64,000 nt of DNA, taken from an uncultured archaeon. Its GTDB lineage: Archaea; Thermoplasmatota; Penumbrarchaeia; JASLWR01. Below are positions 41,478 to 51,086 of the stretch, piece after piece (positions within the stretch are counted from its first letter, which is position 1; each line of letters starts with the position of its first letter). Position numbers and translations under genes: made by a program. The DNA lies in contig CAYFHS010000001.1 of NCBI GenBank assembly GCA_964342815.1, positions 115,849 to 179,848 on the forward strand, given 5' to 3'. The notes beneath the pieces were generated by a model that saw nothing but the letters and a program-made list of their open reading frames with translations, did no database searches and was not told where the DNA came from.

Positions 41478-41777
41478 ATGTCTACGCAAGTTAACATCAG
41501 ATTGGACGACAATTTATTAAGTGAAATAGACGCGATTACAAAGGTTCTTCATGTTTCCCGAACTGAATGGTTAAGGATGAAAATTGCTTTTGCAGTAAAA
41601 GATGATACTTTAAGATTTTCTGAAGCAATTGCAATGGAATATGCAAAAGGACACCTTAGTGATATGGAATTAAGAGAAATGCTGGGTTCCGATGCCGATG
41701 AGGTAATATACATCGTAAAACATATGAAAAGAGGCAAGAATTATATCGAAGATATGGTGGACAAGGGACTTTTATGA
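41478..41777 (+). CDS. Ribbon-helix-helix antitoxin-like protein (VapB/UPF0175-like)
   Basis: TQVNIRLDDNLLSEIDAITKVLHVSRTEWLR fits the RHH pattern; ATGA overlap with the downstream PIN gene; the track starts at 41460. Confidence 0.8.
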   Translation: MSTQVNIRLDDNLLSEIDAITKVLHVSRTEWLRMKIAFAVKDDTLRFSEAIAMEYAKGHLSDMELREMLGSDADEVIYIVKHMKRGKNYIEDMVDKGLL

Positions 41778-42241
41778 AACCGTCGCTTGCTTTCGATACT
41801 TCGGCCCTTGTTTCTCTGGGCCATACGGAATTGATAGAATTGATCTTGGATAACTATAATGTCATCATTTCCGATAGGATATTAAAAGAATTGGCTGAGA
41901 TCGGAGGAAAGAACGACAAAGATGCTAAAGCGGCCAATAAATGGTTGGAATACTCCGACAAGATGGAATTGAAAGATGCAAAGAAAAGCATAATTGGTGA
42001 GGAAGAACTATTGGAAATAGCTCAACGCGAAAAATTATCAATGGTGACCGATGACGTAAAAGCAACTAAAAAATTCGAGGATCAAATAGATTGGATATTT
42101 AGTGTCCATGTAGTTTTCCTTCTCTATTATAAAGGTATAATTACAAAAGAAAGAGCAATTTTTTCCATAGAAAAGATGATAAGTGAGAGATCTTGGAAGA
42201 ATAATATTATCTCCTTGACGGCAAAGTTACTTTTTCAATAA
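41774..42241 (+). CDS. PIN-domain ribonuclease (VapC-like, DUF3368-like)
   Basis: AFDTSALV, ILKEL, GEEELLEIA, VTDD acidic tetrad; translationally coupled to the RHH gene. Confidence 0.85.
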   Translation: MKPSLAFDTSALVSLGHTELIELILDNYNVIISDRILKELAEIGGKNDKDAKAANKWLEYSDKMELKDAKKSIIGEEELLEIAQREKLSMVTDDVKATKKFEDQIDWIFSVHVVFLLYYKGIITKERAIFSIEKMISERSWKNNIISLTAKLLFQ

Positions 42242-42375
42242 ACTATCGTGATATCTGAAGTAAGTTTTTGAAAAATTCATTTTATTTATTACTCACAATG
42301 GGTGCAGCACAGAATAACGCACTTATTCGGTACTCGCCTCAATGATATAATGGACAAATCCACCGAGAATCACTT

Positions 42376-45300
42376 CTAAGCCGAGTTGATAACACCCTGC
42401 GTTTGACATACCGGGCAGGTGACCAGAGCCGGGTACTCTATTATCTCCGCCGTGTAGTTATTGCCGCATGAGTGACACTGCATTGTCATTTCATTCGTCG
42501 ATGGTGCTGGTGTTTCTACCGGAATCGGGGGAGCGGTTGGTGGTGTAACTGGTGGTGTGACTGGTGGTGTGACTGGTGGTGTAACTGGCGGTGTATCTGG
42601 TGGTGTGACTGGTGGTGTAACTGGCGGTGTATCTGGTGGTGTGGTTGGTGGTGTGGCTGGCGGTGTATCTGGTGGTGTAGTTGGTGGTATGGCAGGTGGT
42701 GTGGCTGAGGGTGTGGTTGGCGGTGCCGGTTCGGGGGTTTTTGTCATATCCTCGAGATATGCTAGATACGAATCCAGTTCGGACAAATCTCCGGTCCCTG
42801 CCGGGGGTGCGGCGGGTTCACCAGGGGCAATATCCTGGCCCGGGATGGGCGGCGGAGAAGGTTGTGCCGGTGACGGCGGGAAAGAAATGTCCGCCGCGGG
42901 CATGTTCATCGGGTCTGCAAGGGGTGTCGGAAGCGGAACATCGAGACCTGAGAATACTACTGGCGCCGGACCTGGCTCGGGAGCTGGCGGAAGTGCCAAT
43001 CTAGTAAGTTCCTGCATTCCCTGGTCGGTTTGGAACGAGGGAAGCAAATAAGTGCTTTCTCCGGTAAAGCCTGTATTCAAAGCAGGTGGACCCTGAAATG
43101 TCTGACCTGGGCTGGCAGTGGGGAACTGGCTTTGGTTCACAAAACCCGGACCGGGAGCCAGCATCAGGTGTTGAGGTTGTGAACCCGGCATTCCTGTCAT
43201 AGGAGCCTGCATTCCTCCGCCATACATTTGCGGACCCGGCGGGGTAAACTGCCCTGAATGCGGTCTCTGCCCGTATGGGAGCTGCTTAGGCCCCGCTTTC
43301 ACAGGGGCGTCCACCTTCTCCTCTTTGGATTTCTTTTTTTTCCGGACGATAAAAAAGATGATCAGGATCAATAATATAAGAATAAAAATGCAGCCAAGGA
43401 TGATCAACAGCATCGATGAACTTTCACCCAGTATTCCCGCGGTTTCAGGGGGTACGATATCGGGCTCGCCCTCCGGAGTAGTATCACTGTTGTACGGATC
43501 GGTTCCGGATTCCCTCTCGAAACCGTCTGAAAAACCGTCCCCGTCGCTGTCCGTCTCGTAATGCAGCCTGCTTCCCACCTCGATATTTACATCCGTGCTC
43601 TCGTTGTAGCCGTGCCCGTCATAAACGAACAACGTGATGATGTGTTTTCCGGGGGCCAATCGCCCGCCAAAAAGTGGAAGTGAACCAAGAGATTTGTTCG
43701 CAGTGACGTTGCTGGACCAGTAAAAGCTCAGATTGTCCCCGTCATCATCATATGAGTCCAGTGCGTCGAACATTATTTCCCTGTCGTATCTGAAATACGA
43801 AGCTTGATCGGGAGAAGAAATAATTGCTTCAGGTCTTGAATTTACCCATACCCTGTATGATTTCGATATGTTATGGCCGGTCCCCATCATATCATCGGCT
43901 CGCCACCTGATGTAATTGTCAGGCCCCCATTGAAACTCCACATCCAGAAGAACCTGGGTCGGATTTCCCGTAACAACATTCACCACCTTCTTCCACGGCC
44001 CAAAACTCTTATTGTCGCCCCCCGCCCCACTGGCTATGGAATACTCCACGGTTTCCGGGTTGACACCGGAGCTGTCGTCCATGATCTCGATAAAACATTC
44101 AACCGTCTGACTGTTGGAATAATCGTTCTCATCCGGAGTGAAAATACCGAAATATACCGGGGATATGTCAATTTTCAGATTGAATTTGTCCGAAAGGGTG
44201 TAGGGATTGCCCACGAGGTCAGTTCCCCGGAACATGATGAAATTATCCGCACCCTCCTCATAGGTGAACGTTACGGTTATCTCATAACCGTCCACATCCG
44301 AGCCGCTGATGCTTTCAGGTACTATAGGTATCCAATGGCCGAAATCATTGGGACCCGACGAGGATATCCTCGCTTCGAAACTTTCTTGATTCACCCCGCT
44401 TCCTAAGTCGCTCACGGTTATTTTTGTAGTTATCGATTTTTGGCTATACCATTCCGTTTCCGGAGAAATCACGTTTGCGAATTTGATAGGAGTTGTGTCG
44501 ATCTTAATATTTACAGGTGAGGATTCGACGAAACCGTTTCCCGAAATATCTTTGGCACGCCATTTTATAAAATTTTCCTCGCCTTCCAAAAAGACATAAT
44601 TGACGCCTGGGCTCATGGGCTCATTTTGCACGGGCAGCCAGGCTGGTATCCAGAAATCAAACCCGTGAACTCCATTGTTGGAGATAGAATACTCCACTGT
44701 CGCGCCATCGACCCCGGATCCCTCTCCGTCATAAATGTCCACCGAGCAGTCGATATCAGTATGATTGTGCCAAATCCCGTCCGCGGGAGCGTAATTCGAA
44801 TAATACGGGACGGTCAGGTCCACCAGTATCTCTGAAACTTCGCTGTCACCGATATTTCCCACATTGTCGACACACCAGACGTATACCGGCACGACACCCT
44901 CGGGAAGTTCATCTATCTCCACTTCTGTTTTATTTGTAAAAGATCCGTTCTCCGAGGTCGAATTGTCGTCATGGGAATAATAATATCCCCTAAGACCCGA
45001 AGCAGGGTCTTCCACGGGGTCCCAGGTGACGAAGACCTCGTTCTTGTCGGTATTTCCGGTCTCCTTGTCTTTGAAATCGTCGGCATGGCACAGGAGGTTC
45101 ACAGGTGACAGCGGTGCGTCGGCATCGATCTTGAGAGGATAATCAAGATTCGCCGCGCAAATTCCATTTTCAGGTATGTTCTCGATACTTATTGTATATT
45201 CTTCGTCCGGGTTCGTGACATTTCCCGATACTGCTTCTATTGAAACCTTCCCGCCGCTGGATTCATAGTCCCACCATTCGTTACCTTTTCGGTCGCTAAT

Positions 45301-46776
45301 CCGGACATCGAAGAACTTGTCCTCGGGATAGACATTCTCCGAACCCTCGTAGGCAACGGTCATATTGCTGAAAAGAAGTTTTTCTTCGCCCCTTATCCAG
45401 TCTCCCCGCTCAACGATCCCCTGATATTCACCCTCTACCACGGGCTCTCCCACCAGTTCAAGGTCATTTTCCACGCGAAATAGATAGGGGAACCGGTCAA
45501 GGTTGAATCTCCCTGAACTTCCGGTTGTATTTATATAGCAGTCTATTAGGTCCTCGTGCGGGAAGGCAAAGTCGATTACAAAAGAGAAATTAATCCACCA
45601 TTTCTCCACATTGTTGTTTGAAAACGCCGAATCGCCCAGAAGTTCCAGATGATTTCCGAGGTCATTAGCCTTGTAAAAGTTTTTTTGCGTCCCATTGAAT
45701 CCCAGGGTTATGTTGGTATTGTTGTAATCTATAAATATCCTCAGGTCGGAAAGATCGTCAAGGGATTCGAAGGTGGTGACGTTGATACCCAGTTTGTAGG
45801 AGCGGTAACCGGCGTAACAGACAGCGCTTTTATTATCCGAATCCAACAGGTTGACCGATTCCGGCTCCGGGGGACGGGCGGTGGGAAAATTATCCTTGAC
45901 CATTTCGATATATTTTACCATCTGAAGAAGCTCATTGTTTCCGCGGTTGCCCCAGTCGAAGGTCATCATGTTCATCATGACGTAACCTTCGTCCAGAACA
46001 TATTCTATGAAAGCCGGTTTATTGTTCGCATTGGACCAGAGAATGTCATTCCACTTGTTGGTTTCGGGATTTGTCCCGAGGTTCGCCCCGCCTGAGTCCG
46101 CGAGGTTACCCGGCGCGGTGACGTATCCATGGCAGGTGGTGCCCCAGGACCGAAAGTTATTGGCATTCAGTCCATTTCCCCCAAAACCCTGACCTGTTAT
46201 CCATTCATGGTCATTGTCTGAAACGATGGGATTTTCGTCGGTAGTACCTGATTGCTGGTAGCTGCCAAAGTTCGAACCGCCCGGCCCCGTCACATCCTGG
46301 CCGGAATTGTGCGCGGCATTTGCTACGAAAATACCTCCTTTCCGCACATATTTCTCGATGATACCCCCGTTCATCATTGTCTTTAACGATCCGTCTGCAA
46401 TATCGCCCTGACAGCCTGTGTAAATCGCATAATAGCGGTCGAAAAGGTACTCTGCATTGCGCTGGGCCGTGACACCGGCTTGCTCAACGTCAAAAGGTAT
46501 TCCCTGGTTCGTGAGATGACCTTGGAGAGTGTTGGTGCGATCCCCGCCATTCGAGCAGACCAGCACCTTGTTTGCAGCTCTACTTTTTCCGTGGACGCCT
46601 ATATCTGAGTCTTTACCTGATGCAGCGGGATATCGTATGTCACCATCATATGAGACCGAAGCTGTTATCAAACGGTCGTTCCGGTCCTCGGAGGATTGGT
46701 CAACAAATGTCGGGATTATTAAAAGCAGACATATTATCAAAGGAAGACTGCGAATGATTGAATTTAATAATTTCAT
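42376..46776 (-). CDS. Array paralog P5: surface protein with class I GATase/ThuA-like head
   Basis: Head KVLVCSNG...YYAIYTG...IEKYVRKGGIFVAN...DHEWITG...LDEGYVMMNMMTFDW; stalk from CYAGY (Cys 45819). Confidence 0.88.
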   Translation of the reverse strand: MKLLNSIIRSLPLIICLLLIIPTFVDQSSEDRNDRLITASVSYDGDIRYPAASGKDSDIGVHGKSRAANKVLVCSNGGDRTNTLQGHLTNQGIPFDVEQAGVTAQRNAEYLFDRYYAIYTGCQGDIADGSLKTMMNGGIIEKYVRKGGIFVANAAHNSGQDVTGPGGSNFGSYQQSGTTDENPIVSDNDHEWITGQGFGGNGLNANNFRSWGTTCHGYVTAPGNLADSGGANLGTNPETNKWNDILWSNANNKPAFIEYVLDEGYVMMNMMTFDWGNRGNNELLQMVKYIEMVKDNFPTARPPEPESVNLLDSDNKSAVCYAGYRSYKLGINVTTFESLDDLSDLRIFIDYNNTNITLGFNGTQKNFYKANDLGNHLELLGDSAFSNNNVEKWWINFSFVIDFAFPHEDLIDCYINTTGSSGRFNLDRFPYLFRVENDLELVGEPVVEGEYQGIVERGDWIRGEEKLLFSNMTVAYEGSENVYPEDKFFDVRISDRKGNEWWDYESSGGKVSIEAVSGNVTNPDEEYTISIENIPENGICAANLDYPLKIDADAPLSPVNLLCHADDFKDKETGNTDKNEVFVTWDPVEDPASGLRGYYYSHDDNSTSENGSFTNKTEVEIDELPEGVVPVYVWCVDNVGNIGDSEVSEILVDLTVPYYSNYAPADGIWHNHTDIDCSVDIYDGEGSGVDGATVEYSISNNGVHGFDFWIPAWLPVQNEPMSPGVNYVFLEGEENFIKWRAKDISGNGFVESSPVNIKIDTTPIKFANVISPETEWYSQKSITTKITVSDLGSGVNQESFEARISSSGPNDFGHWIPIVPESISGSDVDGYEITVTFTYEEGADNFIMFRGTDLVGNPYTLSDKFNLKIDISPVYFGIFTPDENDYSNSQTVECFIEIMDDSSGVNPETVEYSIASGAGGDNKSFGPWKKVVNVVTGNPTQVLLDVEFQWGPDNYIRWRADDMMGTGHNISKSYRVWVNSRPEAIISSPDQASYFRYDREIMFDALDSYDDDGDNLSFYWSSNVTANKSLGSLPLFGGRLAPGKHIITLFVYDGHGYNESTDVNIEVGSRLHYETDSDGDGFSDGFERESGTDPYNSDTTPEGEPDIVPPETAGILGESSSMLLIILGCIFILILLILIIFFIVRKKKKSKEEKVDAPVKAGPKQLPYGQRPHSGQFTPPGPQMYGGGMQAPMTGMPGSQPQHLMLAPGPGFVNQSQFPTASPGQTFQGPPALNTGFTGESTYLLPSFQTDQGMQELTRLALPPAPEPGPAPVVFSGLDVPLPTPLADPMNMPAADISFPPSPAQPSPPPIPGQDIAPGEPAAPPAGTGDLSELDSYLAYLEDMTKTPEPAPPTTPSATPPAIPPTTPPDTPPATPPTTPPDTPPVTPPVTPPDTPPVTPPVTPPVTPPVTPPTAPPIPVETPAPSTNEMTMQCHSCGNNYTAEIIEYPALVTCPVCQTQGVINSA
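42535..42725 (-). repeat. Intragenic 12-bp tandem repeat encoding (T)PP(V/D/A/T)T in the P5 tail
   Basis: About 15 units of ggtggtgt(a/g)act / ggcggtgtatct on the + strand. Confidence 0.9.
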
Positions 46777-46931
46777 TCAATTCAACCTCTTTTCAGGCCA
46801 ATTGGCGAACTTTGTCGCCCGCTATGATGTCGCTAGAAGGGGTAATTTGATGACAAATCCATGGTCTTATGAATAGATAATGTTTTCGTTTGAAAAAGAT
46901 AATACTCGCACATATCTAAATCGATTCCCGA

Positions 46932-49900
46932 TCATTGTGATTCTATGATGCCCTGCGTCTTGCAGACCGGGCAGGTGACCAGAGCCGGGTACTGGGATAT
47001 TTCTGCATTGTAGTTATTTCCGCATGAGTGGCACTGCATGGTTATTTCGTTAGTGACAGGCGCGGGGATCCCTTCATGAGCTTGTAGTGAGGCTGGCTGA
47101 AATGGCTCCGGTGGTGTGGGTAAAGTATCCAACGCGCCTATGGCCTGAACTGCCTCAGGTTGTAATGACAGATCCGGATTGTGTATCGAAGGCGCAGCGG
47201 CCGGATTCATTATTGCTTGCCCGCCCGCAGGATCCGGTCCGGGCGGAAGGGCCATTAGCTCGAGGTTCTGAGCCCCCTCTTCTGTAGAGAATAATGGTAG
47301 GGAATATGCGGTACTGCCTGAGGGACCCGGCCCTGCAGGACTGTAGGGGGGAAGTTGTGGAGAATAGTCATTTTGCGGTATTTGAGCTTGCGGGGCTTGA
47401 CCGGGAACGGGCGGGCCGTATTGGTTTGTGTTAGTAATACCCGCCCCCGGAGGGAAAACTGCCCCGGGGGCGCCGGCTCCCTGCATCCCCCATGCTGCTC
47501 CCTGGTATTGTGCCATTTCCCCGTATCCCTGGGGTAAGCCCGTGGGATGATATTGACCCTGGGGATAAGGATGCTGTGGAGGTCCGTATTGTGATTGCAT
47601 CGGGATGGGCATACCCGATGGTGAAATTTGTTCTGAATCCTTTTTCTTCCTTTTCCTTATAATGAACAAGATCACCAGAATGACAATTATCAGCAGTAAG
47701 ATACAACCTACAATCACAAACAACAGGGAAGAGTCTTCACCCAGTATTCCTCCGCGATCCTGATCAACGATATCCGGCTTACCTCCCGGGAAAACCGCTC
47801 TGTTATACGGGTCGGACCCTTTTTCACGCTCCAAGCCGTCGGAAAATCCATCCCCGTCGCTGTCCTTTCCATAAACAGCCGGGCCGCCCACCTCAATTCT
47901 GATTTTCTCACTCTCGTTGTAGCCGTGACCGTCTGACACAAATAAGGTTATAGTATGTTTTCCAGGTTCTAATTGAAAACTGAAATAGGCTCCTGAACCA
48001 ATTTGACGATTCGCACTGACATTTGAGGTCCAGTAATGGGTGAGGTTGTCCCCATCCTCGTCGGAGGAATGGGTGGCATCGAAGGTAATTTCGCCATCGA
48101 ACCTGAAATATGATCCGTCATCGGGAGACGATATCACAACTTTTGGTATGGAATTCACCCATACCCTGTAAGGCATCGACTCATTGAAACCGGTCCCCGT
48201 AAGATCGTCCGCACGCCATTTTATATAATTATCGTCACCCCATTCGAATTCCAGTTTCATAAGAACCTGGGTGGGATTTCCCGTAACCACATTTACTGCG
48301 TTTTTCCAGGGGTCGAAACTTTCATTGTCGGTCCCTCCGTATCCTATGGAATATTGAACCGTTGACGGATTCACACCCGAACCGTCATCTAATATCTGGA
48401 TGAAACATTCCACAGTTCTATCGTCAGCATATTCCTCCTCATCCGGTTTAAAGGTCCCGAAATATACCGGGGAACTATCTATTTTCAGATTGAATTTATC
48501 GGATAGTGTATATGGAGTTCCAACCATGTCGGTTCCGCGAAACATGATATAGTTGTCCTTTCCTTCCGCATAGCTGAAAGTTACCGTTATTTCGTATTGA
48601 CCTTCAACTGGTTCATGTATGTTCTCGGCATCTATGGATATCCATTTACCGAAATCATTTGGACCTGCAGTGGATATTCTTGCCTCCAGGCTTTCGAGGT
48701 CCACCCCGCTTCCGGTGTCACTTACGGTTATTGTTGTGCTAATTGTATTTTGCGCGTACCATTCAATCTGCGGAGTTATCTCATCATTGAAACTAACAGG
48801 GGTGATATCCACCTTTATGTTTACGGGCGGAGATTCGGAAAATCCGTTCTCTGAAATATCCTTGGCACGCCATTTTATGTAATTTTCTTCACCCTCCGGA
48901 AAGATGTATTTAACACTGGGGATTATGGGATTTCCTTCTTCCGGCACCCACGCGGGCATCCAGAAATTGAATCCGTGCGTTCCGCTTGCAGAGATCGAGT
49001 ATTCGATGGTGCTTCCGTCGACCCCTGATCCCGGTCCATCGAATATCTCAATTGAGCAGTCGATATCAGTATGATTGTGCCATGAACCATCCAGGGGTGT
49101 ATGATTTGAAAATACAGGCGGAGAAAGATCAACCAGTATTCCCGAAGAAGCCGCATCCCCAATATTCCCCACGTTATCGACGCACCAAACGTAAATTTCC
49201 GCGTATCCCTCTTCAAGCTCATCTATCTTAACTTCAGTAACATTGGTGAATGTCCCGTCAGTGGTTCCCGAATTGTCCGATTGTGAATAATAATATCCAA
49301 GAAGGCCCGAGGCCGGGTCCTCCACCGCATCCCAGGTTACGTACATCTCGGGCTGCTTGGTATTCCCGGTCTCCTTGTCCTTGAATCCTCCTGCACGGCA
49401 TTTGAGGTTTACGGGAAACAGGGGCGGTTCAGCATCGAGCTTAACGGGAAAGCTCAGATTGGTCATGCATATGCCCGAGCCGGGGATGTCCTCGATGGTG
49501 ATGAGATATTCCTCGTCCGGGTCGGTGGCGTAGCGCGTCCTTATTGGTAAGGAAATCCCCTCGACACTGGAACTGTTGTCCCACCATGTGTTTCCAAACC
49601 TATCAGTGATCCTGACATTGAAGAATTCGTCATCCGGATACAGCATAGGCGAACCCGCATAAACCACGGAAAGGTTGCTGACCGTGATGTTCTGACCTCC
49701 CTTTACCCAGTCCCCCGGATCGATTTTGCCCTGTTCTTCTCCGGAAAAAAACGGAGTGCCTGCAAATTCAAAATCGTTCTCCACCCTAAACAGCCATGGG
49801 AACCTGTCCATAGTATGTTCATTGGCCACCGAGCTGGTTTTGGTCAAGCAATCTATGGGTCTTTCGTGGGGAAATGAAAAATTGAATATCACAGAAAAAT

Positions 49901-50987
49901 TCACCCATATTCGATCTACCCCGTCATCCGCCAGTGTACAGTTATCTATGAGAAGATTGACGTCGTTCTTTTCGTCCTGTAACTTGAAGAATTCGTTTCT
50001 GCTCCAGTTATAACCCAGGGTGGCATTTGTCGTATTGTAATCAAGATAGACCTTCAGTTCGGAAACGTGATTCAGGTTTTCATTAGTAGTGAGATTGACG
50101 CTGAAGGTGTAGGGTTTATATCTGGTATAGCAGACATTTTCCTCACCCTTCGGAACCACGAGTGCGGCGGAGTCCGTATAGACCAGCAGATCCACTGCGG
50201 AGTAGCGGTACCAGGTGTTTCTGCTGAACTCGCATGCCTGCAGCTCCCTTCCGGTCCACGCAAGACCGTAATTCCCGCTGTTGTAGGGTGGATCGATGGT
50301 GCGCAGGTGCTGGCCGTTCATATCATACACCAGCAGCTCGTGATCGCTGTCCGATACGATGAGCATATTGTTGAAATAGAGCATACCAAAAGCGTTTGAG
50401 AAACGGAGACTGGGGTTGATGGTTCCGAGCTTGGCGCCGGTATTCTTGTCCAGCTTCAGTATTGGGCCGTAATTGAAAAGGCCATACACGTATTTATCAT
50501 CGCAGGTGATCCCTCTCGCCTGGCTTCCGTCGTTATACGTCCTGGCCCAGAGCTGGTTCCCGTTCCTATCGAACTTGTAGAAGGTTCTGCTGTTATCCCC
50601 TACATAGAGATTGCCATCGGAATCGGTTCCGAGAGCGATGGATCTTGACACGGTATTTCTCGTACCCACCAGCCTACCGGCATCGTTGTAACGGTGGATG
50701 GTGCTGCTTGACCACGACTGCTTGACCCAATACTCTTTGAAGTATCTCATATAGACCGAGCCGTATTGAGTGGTTCCATCCAGGTTTCTCGTACCCAGAT
50801 ATTGAAAATCCTCGGCCCTTGTCTCGTTCCCATAATTATTCCCGGATCCTCCATCGATTTCATCCGGTTCAGCCTCTTGAATATTATTTATACTGGCTTT
50901 CCCGATATTGAAAGAAAAGATCAGGCTGAACAGTGATATGGTGATCAGCAATACCGGCAAAATATCACTTAAGCGGGTACGTTTCAT
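46932..50987 (-). CDS. Array paralog P6: surface protein with NHL-like beta-propeller head
   Basis: Start MKRTR (50987). Blades ALGTDSDGNLYVGD, RGITCDDKYVYG, FGMLYFNNMLIVSD, YGLAWTGRELQ; stalk from CYTRY (Cys 50132); shorter tail. Confidence 0.88.
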   Translation of the reverse strand: MKRTRLSDILPVLLITISLFSLIFSFNIGKASINNIQEAEPDEIDGGSGNNYGNETRAEDFQYLGTRNLDGTTQYGSVYMRYFKEYWVKQSWSSSTIHRYNDAGRLVGTRNTVSRSIALGTDSDGNLYVGDNSRTFYKFDRNGNQLWARTYNDGSQARGITCDDKYVYGLFNYGPILKLDKNTGAKLGTINPSLRFSNAFGMLYFNNMLIVSDSDHELLVYDMNGQHLRTIDPPYNSGNYGLAWTGRELQACEFSRNTWYRYSAVDLLVYTDSAALVVPKGEENVCYTRYKPYTFSVNLTTNENLNHVSELKVYLDYNTTNATLGYNWSRNEFFKLQDEKNDVNLLIDNCTLADDGVDRIWVNFSVIFNFSFPHERPIDCLTKTSSVANEHTMDRFPWLFRVENDFEFAGTPFFSGEEQGKIDPGDWVKGGQNITVSNLSVVYAGSPMLYPDDEFFNVRITDRFGNTWWDNSSSVEGISLPIRTRYATDPDEEYLITIEDIPGSGICMTNLSFPVKLDAEPPLFPVNLKCRAGGFKDKETGNTKQPEMYVTWDAVEDPASGLLGYYYSQSDNSGTTDGTFTNVTEVKIDELEEGYAEIYVWCVDNVGNIGDAASSGILVDLSPPVFSNHTPLDGSWHNHTDIDCSIEIFDGPGSGVDGSTIEYSISASGTHGFNFWMPAWVPEEGNPIIPSVKYIFPEGEENYIKWRAKDISENGFSESPPVNIKVDITPVSFNDEITPQIEWYAQNTISTTITVSDTGSGVDLESLEARISTAGPNDFGKWISIDAENIHEPVEGQYEITVTFSYAEGKDNYIMFRGTDMVGTPYTLSDKFNLKIDSSPVYFGTFKPDEEEYADDRTVECFIQILDDGSGVNPSTVQYSIGYGGTDNESFDPWKNAVNVVTGNPTQVLMKLEFEWGDDNYIKWRADDLTGTGFNESMPYRVWVNSIPKVVISSPDDGSYFRFDGEITFDATHSSDEDGDNLTHYWTSNVSANRQIGSGAYFSFQLEPGKHTITLFVSDGHGYNESEKIRIEVGGPAVYGKDSDGDGFSDGLEREKGSDPYNRAVFPGGKPDIVDQDRGGILGEDSSLLFVIVGCILLLIIVILVILFIIRKRKKKDSEQISPSGMPIPMQSQYGPPQHPYPQGQYHPTGLPQGYGEMAQYQGAAWGMQGAGAPGAVFPPGAGITNTNQYGPPVPGQAPQAQIPQNDYSPQLPPYSPAGPGPSGSTAYSLPLFSTEEGAQNLELMALPPGPDPAGGQAIMNPAAAPSIHNPDLSLQPEAVQAIGALDTLPTPPEPFQPASLQAHEGIPAPVTNEITMQCHSCGNNYNAEISQYPALVTCPVCKTQGIIESQ

Positions 50988-51086
50988 ATTACACACTCAT
51001 TTTTAGGGTATATTCATTAATATCTAAATGTAAAAACGCAAAAGCAATAATATTTACACTATTTATTATTAGTTATCTTAAATAAA

